Below, piece by piece: positions 55,085-64,000 of a stretch of 64,000 nucleotides of DNA. Made by a program: the position numbers and the translations under genes. Source of the DNA: an uncultured Eubacteriales bacterium (lineage in GTDB: Bacteria > Bacillota > Clostridia > Christensenellales > QALW01); assembly GCA_900547955.1 (NCBI GenBank), contig URIR01000002.1:26943-90942 (forward strand), in the 5' to 3' direction. Below the pieces are notes generated by a model. That model worked only from the letters and a program-made list of their open reading frames with translations, was not told where the DNA came from and did not search any database. How positions within the stretch are numbered: the first letter of the stretch is position 1; each line of letters begins with the position of its first letter.

Positions 55085-56875
55085 ATGACTTTGGACGAGC
55101 TTAGAGAAAAATGGTTCAGCTTTTGGAAGGAACGCGGCCACGCGATTATACAGAGCGCGTCCCTTATACCTGAAAACGACCCTACCGTGCTTTTCACCAC
55201 GGCGGGAATGCATCCCCTAGTCCCGTATCTGCTCGGCCAGGGGCATCCTGCCGGCTCCCGGCTGTGCGACGTACAAAAGTGCGTGCGCACAGGGGATATA
55301 GACGACGTAGGCGATTCCAGCCATCTTACTTTCTTTGAGATGCTTGGCAACTGGTCGCTGGGAGACTATTTTAAAAAAGAGGCTATTCATTGGTCTTGGG
55401 AATTTTTAACGGGCAAGGATTATCTGGGCATTGACCCCGAAAGGCTGGCGTTTTCAGTATTTGCCGGAGACGAGGACTGCCCCAGAGACGAAGAATCAGC
55501 CCGCTATTGGGAGGAATGCGGCGTACCCAAGGAGCGTATTTTTTATCTGCCAAAGGAGAACAACTGGTGGCCGGCCGCCGGAATTCCCGGCCCCTGCGGA
55601 CCAGATACCGAAATGTTTATAGATACCGGCAAGCCTGCCTGCGGCCCTAACTGCTCGCCCGCCTGCGACTGCGGCAAATACCTTGAAATATGGAACAACG
55701 TTTTTATGCAGTATAACCGCTCTGCCGACGGCGCTTTAACTCCTCTAGAGCGCAAAAACGTAGATACCGGCATGGGGCTGGAGCGCACCATATGCGTGCT
55801 GACCGGCAAAAAATCCGTTTATGAAACCGAAGCCTTCAGCGATATTCTGGATAAAATAGCCGCGCTTTCGGGCAAAGCCTACGGCCAGAGCGAAGAAATA
55901 ACCCGCGCCTTCAGAATTATAGCCGACCATATCCGCTGCTCGGTATTTATTCTAGGCGACCAGCGGGGCGTTACCCCCAGCAACGTAGACCAGGGCTATG
56001 TGCTGCGCCGTCTAATACGCCGCAGCGTGCGCTACGGCAAAACCCTGGAGCTGCCCGTCGGCTCATACAGCAAAATTGCCGAGGTGATTATAGAAAAATA
56101 TGCGCATCAATATCCTGAGCTGAATAAGAACCGCGAAAGAATAATGCGGGAGCTGAATCTGGAAGAGGAGCGCTTTGCCCGCACCCTCAACCAGGGCCTT
56201 AAGGAATATACCAAGGCTGCCGCGGCGCTTAAGCCGGGCGACTGCATAGACGGCCTTACCGCTTTTCATCTCTACGACACCTTTGGCTTCCCCATAGAAA
56301 TGACGGTAGAATTGGCTCGGGAAAACAATATAAACGTAGATACCGCCGGCTTTGAAGAAGCCTTTAAGGAGCATCAGGCCAAGAGCCACGCAGGAGCGCA
56401 GCAGCGCTTCAAGGGCGGGCTGGCCGACCAGAGCGAGCAAACCGCCCGTCTGCATACGGCCACTCATCTGCTGCATTCGGCTCTCCGAAGGGTGCTGGGC
56501 AGTCAGGTAGCTCAAAAGGGCAGCAATATAACCCCTGAGCGGCTTAGATTTGATTTCTCCTTTGAGCGTAAAATGACCCCCGAAGAAATAAAGCAGGTGG
56601 AAGAGCTGGTTAACGAGGCTATAAAAGCCGACGCGCCCATAATCTGCGAGGAAATGCCTCTGGAGCAGGCAAAACAGAGCGGCGCTATAGGACTCTTTGA
56701 AAGCAAATACGGCGAAAACGTAAAGGTATATACCATGGGAGACTTTTCCAAGGAAATATGCGGAGGCCCGCACGCGCACAGTACGGGCGAATTAGTAAGC
56801 TTCAAAATTAAAAAGGAGGAAAGCTCGTCCGCAGGCGTGCGCCGTATAAAAGCAGTTATAGGGGCGCAGCAATGA
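55085..56875 (+). CDS. alaS: alanine--tRNA ligase, short form (catalytic + editing domains, no C-Ala domain)
   Basis: MTLDELREKWFSFWKERGHAII..., FTTAGMHP, and the editing-domain motifs HTATHLLH and CGGPH. The ATG at 55085 follows AAGGAG. The product is 596 aa, versus ~870 aa for typical bacterial AlaRS. Confidence 0.85.
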   Translation: MTLDELREKWFSFWKERGHAIIQSASLIPENDPTVLFTTAGMHPLVPYLLGQGHPAGSRLCDVQKCVRTGDIDDVGDSSHLTFFEMLGNWSLGDYFKKEAIHWSWEFLTGKDYLGIDPERLAFSVFAGDEDCPRDEESARYWEECGVPKERIFYLPKENNWWPAAGIPGPCGPDTEMFIDTGKPACGPNCSPACDCGKYLEIWNNVFMQYNRSADGALTPLERKNVDTGMGLERTICVLTGKKSVYETEAFSDILDKIAALSGKAYGQSEEITRAFRIIADHIRCSVFILGDQRGVTPSNVDQGYVLRRLIRRSVRYGKTLELPVGSYSKIAEVIIEKYAHQYPELNKNRERIMRELNLEEERFARTLNQGLKEYTKAAAALKPGDCIDGLTAFHLYDTFGFPIEMTVELARENNINVDTAGFEEAFKEHQAKSHAGAQQRFKGGLADQSEQTARLHTATHLLHSALRRVLGSQVAQKGSNITPERLRFDFSFERKMTPEEIKQVEELVNEAIKADAPIICEEMPLEQAKQSGAIGLFESKYGENVKVYTMGDFSKEICGGPHAHSTGELVSFKIKKEESSSAGVRRIKAVIGAQQ

Positions 56876-58440
56876 AACAGATAGAGGTTTTGGACACCAC
56901 TCTGCGGGACGGCGCGCAGGGCGCAGGCATATCCTTTTCCCTACAGGATAAGCTGAATATCGTAAGCTCCCTGGATAAATTGGGCATACCCATAATAGAA
57001 GCGGGCAATCCCGCCTCTAATGAAAGCGAGCGGGAATTTTTCCGTAGGCTTAAGGATATGCCCATAAACGCCTCCATTTCCGCCTTTGGAAGCACGAGGC
57101 ATAAAAATTCCTCCGCCGACTCCGACGAAGGACTAATAAAGCTGCTGTCCGCCCAAACCCCATACGTCTCCATCTTCGGCAAGGCCAACGCCGAGGACGT
57201 GCACAGCGTTCTGGGCACGTCGCTGGAAGAAAATCTGCGTATGATTTATGAATCGGTACGGCTGCTGCTAGGCGAAGGCCGAAGGGTGATATTTGACGCG
57301 GAGCATTTCTTCGACGGCTATCTTCAGGACGGTGAATACGCCCTAGCCGCCATAACCGCCGCTCACGAAGCGGGAGCTGAAACAATTTGCCTATGCGATA
57401 CCAACGGAGGCCGTCTGCCCAGCGAAATATATGAAATCATAAGCAGGCTTAAAAGCATGGGATTTAGATTAGGCATGCACGCTCACGACGATATCGGCTG
57501 CGGAGTGGCTAATACTATTTCAGCAATACAGGCGGGAGCTTTCCATGTTCAGGGCACTCTGCTCGGCATGGGGGAACGCTGCGGAAACGCCAATCTCTCC
57601 GCCATAATCCCCACTATAATGCTAAAGCTGAACATGGATTGCATTCCCTCTCAAAAGTTATCCCTGCTTACCAAGCAGGCGCGTACCGTTGCGGAAATAG
57701 CCAACGTAATACTGCCGGCCAATCTGCCCTATATAGGCAAAATGGCTTTCGCGCATAAAGCAGGAATGCATATAGACGCCTTAAATAAGCGCCCTGGCGC
57801 GTTTGAGCATATAAAGCCCGAAATTGTAGGCAACAAACGCAGAATATTATTAAGCGAATTATCCGGCCGTTCAGCCGTGCTTAAAAAATTAAGCGTGATT
57901 GCGCCCGAATTAACCAAGGACGCCGAAATAACCGGCGCGCTTACCGACAGACTTAAGGAGCTTGAGGCGGAAGGATATCAATTTGAAGGAGCAGACGCTT
58001 CCTTTGAACTGCTTGTACAGCGAGAGCTGGGGAACTTAAACGAATATTTTACCCTAGAAAAATTCAAGGTAATAGAAGAGCAGGTTACAGGCAAATCCCG
58101 TACTGCCTCCAGCGCAATGCTGAAATTATCCGTGGGCAATCAATCAGAGCTGACTGCCGCCGAAGGCAACGGTCCAGTAGACGCGCTGGACGAGGCGCTG
58201 AGAAAAGCCCTGGAGCGGTTTTACCCCGCTATTGTGGACATGCATCTGGTAGACTATAAAGTGCGCGTGCTGGATTCAAAAAGCGCTACCGGCGCACGGG
58301 TCAGAGTCCTTATAGAAAGCTCGGACGGCAAAAATTACTGGGTAACCGTAGGCGTTTCCTCAGATATAATTGAGGCCAGCGCTATAGCGCTTGTAGAATC
58401 AATGGTCTATAAGCTGTATAAGGATGAAAAATATTCCTAA
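56872..58440 (+). CDS. cimA: (R)-citramalate synthase (LeuA/CimA family)
   Basis: VLDTTLRDGAQGAGISFS and HAHDDIGCGVANT motifs. The length of 522 aa and the C-terminal regulatory domain fit CimA better than LeuA. Its start overlaps the alaS stop (ATGA). Confidence 0.75.
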   Translation: MKQIEVLDTTLRDGAQGAGISFSLQDKLNIVSSLDKLGIPIIEAGNPASNESEREFFRRLKDMPINASISAFGSTRHKNSSADSDEGLIKLLSAQTPYVSIFGKANAEDVHSVLGTSLEENLRMIYESVRLLLGEGRRVIFDAEHFFDGYLQDGEYALAAITAAHEAGAETICLCDTNGGRLPSEIYEIISRLKSMGFRLGMHAHDDIGCGVANTISAIQAGAFHVQGTLLGMGERCGNANLSAIIPTIMLKLNMDCIPSQKLSLLTKQARTVAEIANVILPANLPYIGKMAFAHKAGMHIDALNKRPGAFEHIKPEIVGNKRRILLSELSGRSAVLKKLSVIAPELTKDAEITGALTDRLKELEAEGYQFEGADASFELLVQRELGNLNEYFTLEKFKVIEEQVTGKSRTASSAMLKLSVGNQSELTAAEGNGPVDALDEALRKALERFYPAIVDMHLVDYKVRVLDSKSATGARVRVLIESSDGKNYWVTVGVSSDIIEASAIALVESMVYKLYKDEKYS

Positions 58441-58479
58441 AACGCGCCGCCGGCGCTATAATAGCTAAGCAAATTTACT

Positions 58480-58516
58480 AATGGGACGCCTTATACGGGC
58501 GTCCCATTCAATTTTC
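58480..58516 (+). terminator. rho-independent terminator after cimA
   Basis: The hairpin AATGGGACGCC-TTATACG-GGCGTCCCATT is followed by CAATTTT. Confidence 0.65.
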
Positions 58517-58977
58517 CCTCGTCAGGTTTAATATGCATATATGCGCATATATTTTAAAGCTATTGACAGGCATGTTTGGCGCTTGTTTTATTATATAAAG
58601 CCCCGCCTGGCGCCGCCCGGCGTAATAATACTAAGCCAGAATACAAATTTAATTTTATATATTAAAGCGCAGTTCGGTATCGCTCAGGCAATTTTGACAC
58701 ATAATAGCATTAGTGCTAAGGAGACAATGCGAACCTCCGGCGTTAATTTGCTTTCCCGCTGCTTCGCTTTGGGTTAACGCACGGCAGAGGACAGGCCATG
58801 CAAAAGCTTTAAAAGGAGCCAGGATAAATCCCGGCGTCAAATCCTTAAGGCCTGTTTTCCAGACGGCCGAATAAGGCGCGCGCCTCCTCCCCTTGAGCAT
58901 AATGCAAAACCGGCAAATTACCCGCGTCCGCAGTACGTTACCCCCTGAGCACTAATGATGATACCGGTGGTGAAAAA

Positions 58978-59259
58978 ATGGCTAAAAGATATGTGAGAGC
59001 CAAGCATATAAAGAACAAAACTGCGCGCAGCATAGCGGCATATACGGTAGACGACTATATGAACTACCTTACTGACACCAAAAAAATAATAAAAAACAAT
59101 CTCATAGCCGGACTGGCGCGAGGCCTGGGCATGGCCGTAGGCTTTTCAATACTGGGCGCCGTTGTAATATATCTCTTAACCGTGCTTGCCGGAAGCGGCG
59201 TGCCTATAATTGACAAGCTTATTTCGTATATTATGGATATAGTTGAGAGAAACAAATAG
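58978..59259 (+). CDS. small membrane protein (DUF5665-like)
   Basis: 93 aa with NNLIAGLARGLGMAVGFSILGAVVIYLL, one or two TM helices. It lies upstream of lspA. The family assignment is from memory and is tentative. Confidence 0.55.
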   Translation: MAKRYVRAKHIKNKTARSIAAYTVDDYMNYLTDTKKIIKNNLIAGLARGLGMAVGFSILGAVVIYLLTVLAGSGVPIIDKLISYIMDIVERNK

Positions 59260-59320
59260 CTTGCCATAATCCTTGCGAATGCCTTATAATAGCTGTAAGC
59301 AAAAATAGCGAGGTTTTAAG

Positions 59321-59842
59321 ATGCCGTTAGTAATAATAATAGCCGTATTGGGAACGGTTTTAGATCAAATTTCAAAAATTCTGATAGCTCAGAATATAAC
59401 ATTAAACCAATCGGTAACCATAATAGACAACGTGCTGTTTTTTACATATACTCATAATACCGGAGTGGCGTTCGGACTGTTTGAAGGGGCCTTCTGGCTT
59501 TTTATTCCCATTACGCTGCTGATTTCGGCCGCATTAATTTGGTGGCTCATAAAAAACAAGCCGGTCCATCTTCTTATGCGCGTCGCTTCGGGCCTTATAT
59601 TAGCCGGCGGAACAGGCAATTTAATAGACCGCATTTTCCTGGGCTACGTAAGAGATTTCATACATGTCAATATTAACTTCGCTATTTTCAATATCGCAGA
59701 CAGCATGGTGGTAGTAGGCGCCATATTGCTTGGAATATATATACTTTTTATACATGATAAATATATTAAGCTTAAAAGGGAATCCGCTTCCCAGAAAAGC
59801 TCTGAGGAAAAGACAGATGACGCCCAGCAGCTCCAGCCTTGA
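59321..59842 (+). CDS. lspA: lipoprotein signal peptidase (signal peptidase II)
   Basis: Has NTGVAFGLF and GGTGNLIDR...VRDFI...FNIADS motifs and four TM helices. Confidence 0.9.
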   Translation: MPLVIIIAVLGTVLDQISKILIAQNITLNQSVTIIDNVLFFTYTHNTGVAFGLFEGAFWLFIPITLLISAALIWWLIKNKPVHLLMRVASGLILAGGTGNLIDRIFLGYVRDFIHVNINFAIFNIADSMVVVGAILLGIYILFIHDKYIKLKRESASQKSSEEKTDDAQQLQP

Positions 59843-60743
59843 ATTTACAGCGCTGCCCGAGGATGCGCAAAAGCGCCTGGACGTGCTTGTAGCCGAAAAA
59901 TCCGGCCTTACGCGAAGCGCCTCGGCCTCACTTATAGACAGCGGAAACGTCTTGGTAAACGGACGGCAAAAGCCCAAAAAATATAAGCCTGCTCCCGGAG
60001 AAATTATCACAGCCTCTCTGCCCCAGCCCAAAGACGGCAATATAATCCCGCAGAATATAGCTCTGGATATAATTTATCAGGACGCAAGCATAGCGGTAAT
60101 AAATAAACCCAGAGGCATGGTAGTCCACCCGGCAGGCGGTCATTGGGACAACACGCTGGCCAACGCGCTTATGTACTGCTTTGACAGTCTATCCAGCGCA
60201 AACGGAAATATGCGTCCCGGCATTGTGCACAGGCTGGATAAGGATACTTCCGGCTTATTAATTGTCGCCAAAACCGACGCCGCCCATCATAATCTGAGCG
60301 AACAATTCAAAAACCGTACCTGCGTAAAGCTATACCGCGCCCTTGCATGGGGCCGCTTTAAGCAAACCCAGGGCACCATCAACGCCAATTTGGCCCGTTC
60401 AGCAAAAAATCGCAAGCGCATCGCCGTCACCCCTCAGGGCAGAACTGCCGTCACCACTTACGAGGTACTCGAGCAATTCAAAAATTGCGCGTATATTCAA
60501 TGCGGACTTTTAACAGGCCGCACCCATCAAATAAGAGTACACATGGCCCATATTGGCCATCCGCTTCTAGGCGACCCCATTTATGGCACCAGCCTGGATA
60601 AAAGCGGATTTAACGGCCAGGCGCTGCATTCATATTATCTCGAGATAACTCATCCCGACACCTCAAAGCGCATGAGCTTTACCGCCCCTCTGCCCCAGGA
60701 TATGTCCTCCTTGCTGGAAAAGCTGAGAGCGCAGGCCAAATAA
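59817..60743 (+). CDS. rluD: RluA-family 23S rRNA pseudouridine synthase (RluD-like)
   Basis: An S4 domain (RLDVLVAEKSGLTRSA) is followed by the catalytic HRLDKDTSGLL and GRTHQIRVH motifs. The ATG at 59817 overlaps the lspA 3' end. Confidence 0.9.
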   Translation: MTPSSSSLEFTALPEDAQKRLDVLVAEKSGLTRSASASLIDSGNVLVNGRQKPKKYKPAPGEIITASLPQPKDGNIIPQNIALDIIYQDASIAVINKPRGMVVHPAGGHWDNTLANALMYCFDSLSSANGNMRPGIVHRLDKDTSGLLIVAKTDAAHHNLSEQFKNRTCVKLYRALAWGRFKQTQGTINANLARSAKNRKRIAVTPQGRTAVTTYEVLEQFKNCAYIQCGLLTGRTHQIRVHMAHIGHPLLGDPIYGTSLDKSGFNGQALHSYYLEITHPDTSKRMSFTAPLPQDMSSLLEKLRAQAK

Positions 60744-60789
60744 ATAAAATTCTAAACAAAATAACTGCTGCATGCAGCATAATAAAAGG

Positions 60790-60933
60790 CGTCCCTTAAG
60801 GAAGACACTTCGTACGGAGGATGTCAGCGCGGTGCTTTAAGAAACAAGGCAGGGGCGGCTGATTGCCGCCCCTGCTAAAATTTGCTTATTTCACCGCTCT
60901 ATTGGCGTGCAGCTTCCTTACAAACTGAGGGTA
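60790..60933. repeat. short copy of the MITE-like family F (right end intact, left end degenerate) carrying a terminator-like hairpin
   Basis: The right end GGCGTGCAGCTTCCTTACAAACTGAGGGTA matches 22162-22189. The left end GTCCCTTAAGGAAGAC looks like GTACCCTCAGTTTACAGGGAAGAC with an internal deletion. It contains an internal hairpin, GCAGGGGCGGC / GCCGCCCCTGC. Confidence 0.6.
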
Positions 60934-60961
60934 AATCTAGTCTGAAAAAAGTCTTTCTACC

Positions 60962-61007
60962 TTGACAAATAATTTAGAATAATTATAATATATCTATAAT
61001 AATTCTA
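60962..61007 (+). promoter_or_regulatory. promoter with overlapping Fur/PerR-box-like inverted repeat (probable autoregulation)
   Basis: TTGACA (60962-60967), a 16-nt spacer, then TATAAT (60984-60989). TAGAATAATTATA (60975-60987) and TATAATAATTCTA (60995-61007) form a 13-bp inverted repeat with one mismatch. Confidence 0.6.
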
Positions 61008-61023
61008 ATAAGAAGGCTCTTAA

Positions 61024-61401
61024 ATGACTAAATACGAATTTCAAATATATAATCTCGTAAATGAATCCCGCAATCATATGACGGCCGAGCAGGTTTTCGA
61101 CCAGCTGAAGGAAAGTTCTCCTTCAGTTTCGCTGGCGACGGTCTATAACAATTTAAATAAGCTTTGCTCAGCAGAGCTTATCCGCAGAATATCCTTGGAG
61201 GGCCAGCCGGACAGATACGACCGCACGGCCAGACACGACCATCTTATATGCAAGGAATGCGGCAGGCTTTCAGACGTACAGTTTAAGGATTTAACCTCTC
61301 CGCTGCAAAAAGAGCTGGGAGATGATTTTCTTTCGTACGATTTAAAGATATATTACATCTGCCCTGAATGCAAGGAATTGGCTGCCCGCCGAAGCAATTA
61401 A
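61024..61401 (+). CDS. Fur family transcriptional regulator (Fur/PerR/Zur type)
   Basis: 125 aa with a winged helix (SLATVYNNLNKL) and two CxxC pairs (CKECG and CPECK). The metal or peroxide specificity cannot be told by eye. Confidence 0.8.
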   Translation: MTKYEFQIYNLVNESRNHMTAEQVFDQLKESSPSVSLATVYNNLNKLCSAELIRRISLEGQPDRYDRTARHDHLICKECGRLSDVQFKDLTSPLQKELGDDFLSYDLKIYYICPECKELAARRSN

Positions 61402-61805
61402 AAGCTGGGCGAAAACAGAGTATGGGGCATATTAGCCTAAAGCAAAATACAGCGCTTTGCTTGTAATTTTAAAGCTATTATCCAAAAGAAGCCTTCATAA
61501 GTACGCTCATCCATTCTTAATGCAATTTTACCGAGCGGGCGATTATCCATTTATTTGCCCAACACTCATAATAAACGCCTCCGTTTTATCCACTTGCTCA
61601 TTAATCTGCCTTTTTAATTATTTATCCGTATCCAAAATCTACGGCATAAAGAAATGAACACCAACCGGCTATCAGTAAAAAAGCTTTATTTGCACATTTG
61701 CGCAAATCTACCTTTACGCATTACGTTCTTATACGCTAATAATACTAATAACGGCGCAGTCAACCCAACCGCGCCGTTATTTTACATATTTCCGCCCTGC
61801 GAGAA

Positions 61806-63278
61806 TCAGCCCTGCGGATTAATAGCGTTATAAACCGTACTATTGACCATATCCACAATAGAATCAAGGTACTGCGCCGGAGTCTCTTCGCCCCTTGCAA
61901 AATCCCACGCGTGCCCGTAAAGAATGGATTCCAGCATAGCCTGATCCTCGCTTGCCGTCCTGAGCTTAATATAAAGCATATGACTCTGTACCTTGGAAAC
62001 AGCCGGCAGCTTTTTGCATATTTCCAGAGACTGGCCGTCTCTAAGATAAGTGGACAATTCCGCCTCTAAAAGCGCTTCATTTTCGCTGCTGCTCCGGCCA
62101 TATGCCGGACGGAAATATTCTCCCAGCACCTGTGCGCAGCCCTCCGGATTGCTCACTCCGTTAAAAATGCATAACGGCACAAAGGAATCCGAGTCAGACA
62201 TATAATTCTCCGCCTTAGGCCCTTTAGGGGGCATAAGCACTCCGTAATCCGACTGCATGCGCTGATAAATAGTACTGGTGCGCGCAAGGCCCGTTAAAAG
62301 AAACGCTATGCGTCCGGATGAAAACGTAGTAATTTCAGCGGTACCAGATATATCCACAGCGCCGTCCTCCAGCGAAAGGCGCACAAAGAAATCCCAGGCT
62401 TCTATAGCGTTTGAAGAATTGCCCACATATCTGTCTATAAGCTGGCCGTCATATTCCTGCTTTTCAAAATAAGCCGCGTCGTTGGAGGTTATCAGCGCCG
62501 CCATTATGCCTACGTTATCTCCCAAAGCCGTACCGAATATATTCTCCTCCGGGAAGGTGCATGCTACGACCGCCTCCCTGAAAGCATCCCATGTCCATTC
62601 GCCGCTATTGCTCATTTCGTATAATTCCTCCGGCTCCATGCCGCCCCGGCGCACTAAATCAAAATTGAACAGCGTCACCTTATTATTAGCGACTAATTCC
62701 CAGCCTAAAGGAGATGGAACACAAAAATAAAGCTTGCCGCCCAGAGTGCATATTTCCTGCGCCGCCTGATCCCAGTATTCCGAATCGCTGAAATCCGCAT
62801 ACTGAGCATAATCATCCAAAGGAAGCAATATACGTCCTGCGCTGCCTCCATATGTATATGCGAGCAGAGTTACATATGAGCCTCCCGCATTAAAGATATC
62901 CGTCATGGGAGTCCCGGCCTGGGCTGAAGCAAAGGGCACGGTGTACCAGTCGTCACCGCCGGCAGAAAGCACATAGCGTACAGTTACGCCGTATTTCTCC
63001 TCAAACTCCGCTTTATTCTTAATGGCCATTTCCTTGCGCACCCCGTCTATATTTTTAAACGGGTCGCTCTCATCCTCTGTGTTCCAAACATAATAACGGT
63101 AAATTTCCCCCTCCTTAATAGCGTTATTGGGATTATTTCCGCTTTGGCCCGCCTCTGCAGAGCCGGTTGGCGCAGGAGTGGCGCTCGCAGAAGGCTCTCC
63201 GCCTCCGCCGCAGCCTGCAAGCGCCAAAACCGCCGTTATGCCTGCCAAAGCAAGCAGTCTTCTTAAATACTTTTTCAT
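61806..63278 (-). CDS. ABC transporter extracellular solute-binding lipoprotein (carbohydrate type)
   Basis: The lipobox LALAGCGGGG is followed by a low-complexity linker. At 490 aa, its size and composition are typical of family-1 sugar-binding proteins. It is adjacent to a glycoside-hydrolase-like gene. Confidence 0.65.
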   Translation of the reverse strand: MKKYLRRLLALAGITAVLALAGCGGGGEPSASATPAPTGSAEAGQSGNNPNNAIKEGEIYRYYVWNTEDESDPFKNIDGVRKEMAIKNKAEFEEKYGVTVRYVLSAGGDDWYTVPFASAQAGTPMTDIFNAGGSYVTLLAYTYGGSAGRILLPLDDYAQYADFSDSEYWDQAAQEICTLGGKLYFCVPSPLGWELVANNKVTLFNFDLVRRGGMEPEELYEMSNSGEWTWDAFREAVVACTFPEENIFGTALGDNVGIMAALITSNDAAYFEKQEYDGQLIDRYVGNSSNAIEAWDFFVRLSLEDGAVDISGTAEITTFSSGRIAFLLTGLARTSTIYQRMQSDYGVLMPPKGPKAENYMSDSDSFVPLCIFNGVSNPEGCAQVLGEYFRPAYGRSSSENEALLEAELSTYLRDGQSLEICKKLPAVSKVQSHMLYIKLRTASEDQAMLESILYGHAWDFARGEETPAQYLDSIVDMVNSTVYNAINPQG

Positions 63279-63295
63279 TTTTTAACTCCTTTCCT

Positions 63296-64000
63296 TTAAA
63301 ACAGCTTAATATCCTTATACATCATACGTATGCTGTCCCAGCGCCAGTCATATTCATCTGAAAACTTCCGGCCTCTCTGAGTAGCATAAAATATGCATAC
63401 CCGTCCGTTTTTATGGTCCAAAAATACCTGAGGTATCTGATTGGCTCCATACCCCTCGTCCGGCCTGAACCAGCCGGTAACCTCCCAATTCAGCCCGTCA
63501 GTCGAACGGTATTCTACAATCTGCCGCTTATTCCAGCTCCCGCTTAATTCAGGGTAATCAGGAAGGGTTGTATCGTCAATGCCATACCAATATAAAAACG
63601 GGTCTCCATAGGCATAATAGATACCGCCTATCTTAACTACATCAAAATCCACCGCCTTAATAAGAGGCCGGTCGCCGCAGTATAATTCCCGCCATTCCGA
63701 ACTATCCATAAATTCGCCTGCATTTTCGGCATAGCCTATTAAATTTCCGTGGTAATCGTACCACATTTTCCAGACGCCGTCCTCAAACATAAGGCTGGGC
63801 CGCTGATGCCCGCCATACCACGAATTTCTATTCTCAGCCTCAGCATATCCCTTTTCCCCCTCCCATACTAAAAGAGGCTTTTCAGAGCGCTCCCAATTAA
63901 TGCCGTCGGTTGAAACCGCGCCCATTATGCATGAGGCGTTGCCGTCGGTATCCCCCTCGTAATGGCTGGGTATCATGTCCTCGTCGCAGCCCATGGCCGA
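63296..64000 (-). CDS. beta-propeller glycoside-hydrolase-like protein, C-terminal part (ORF open to the window end)
   Basis: Repeated S-T-D-G-x-N-W-E motifs (STDGINWE, STDGLNWE) and Trp/Tyr-rich blades are present. The reading frame continues upstream of the listed Met to position 64000. The family was not assigned. Confidence 0.45.
   Translation of the reverse strand, partial: SAMGCDEDMIPSHYEGDTDGNASCIMGAVSTDGINWERSEKPLLVWEGEKGYAEAENRNSWYGGHQRPSLMFEDGVWKMWYDYHGNLIGYAENAGEFMDSSEWRELYCGDRPLIKAVDFDVVKIGGIYYAYGDPFLYWYGIDDTTLPDYPELSGSWNKRQIVEYRSTDGLNWEVTGWFRPDEGYGANQIPQVFLDHKNGRVCIFYATQRGRKFSDEYDWRWDSIRMMYKDIKLF

Noticed and set aside
56063-56779. A 238-aa ORF antisense to alaS. Similar long antisense ORFs are 42833-43690 (285 aa, antisense to valS), 7567-8136 (189 aa, antisense to upp), 3044-3553 (antisense to tsaB) and 16008-16499.
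   Set aside because: Each lies fully inside a confidently identified housekeeping gene on the other strand. Each has odd, low-complexity composition and no RBS, so these are typical shadow ORFs.
61457-61657. A 66-aa ORF downstream of the Fur-family gene.
   Set aside because: It is an AT-rich spacer with no RBS and a hydrophobic low-complexity translation. It is most likely non-coding sequence between two terminators.

Overview
The window looks like a chromosomal segment of a spore-forming Clostridia-class Firmicute. Sporulation markers present are spoIIID, two alpha/beta-type SASP genes and ylmC/ymxH. Most of the window is densely packed housekeeping genes:
- Cell wall and tRNA modification: ddl/murF-like, tsaE-tsaB-rimI.
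- Central metabolism and nucleotide salvage: upp, rpiB, citrate synthase.
- The macromolecular-synthesis cluster: RNase P RNA, nif3/trmK, sigA-dnaG and a dGTPase-like gene.
- Translation and transcription: an EF-G2 paralog, efp, valS with a T-box leader, a short alaS, cimA and nusB.
- Other: xseAB-ispA, folC, pgsA, a four-subunit 2-oxoacid:ferredoxin oxidoreductase operon, cdaA-cdaR, lspA-rluD and a Fur-family regulator.

The unusual content is mostly non-coding.
1. A 1.5-kb AT-rich cassette (45.6-47.2 kb) carries two tandem XRE paralogs and a divergent Zn-ribbon ORF. It is enclosed by ~280-bp GC-rich inverted repeats with 12-bp iterons outside one arm.
2. Four GC-rich nested-palindrome elements each have a 31-41-bp outer stem enclosing three hairpins. 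They fall into two subfamilies, each present in both orientations.
3. A MITE-like family has GTACCCTCAGTTT termini.

Coding oddities are also present:
- A sigma-70/ECF-like factor with a ~370-aa soluble extension in an AT-rich islet.
- A frameshift-split surface protein from a local paralog family that shares a non-LPXTG C-terminal anchor.
- A class B sortase with an SH3b domain next to a SipW-type signal peptidase.
- A GNAT gene with an in-frame amber codon.
- A Cys/Asp-rich acidic protein.
- A MurF-like ligase with a polytopic membrane N-terminus.

All calls rest on reading the sequence and ORF translations by eye. No database search or folding computation was run.
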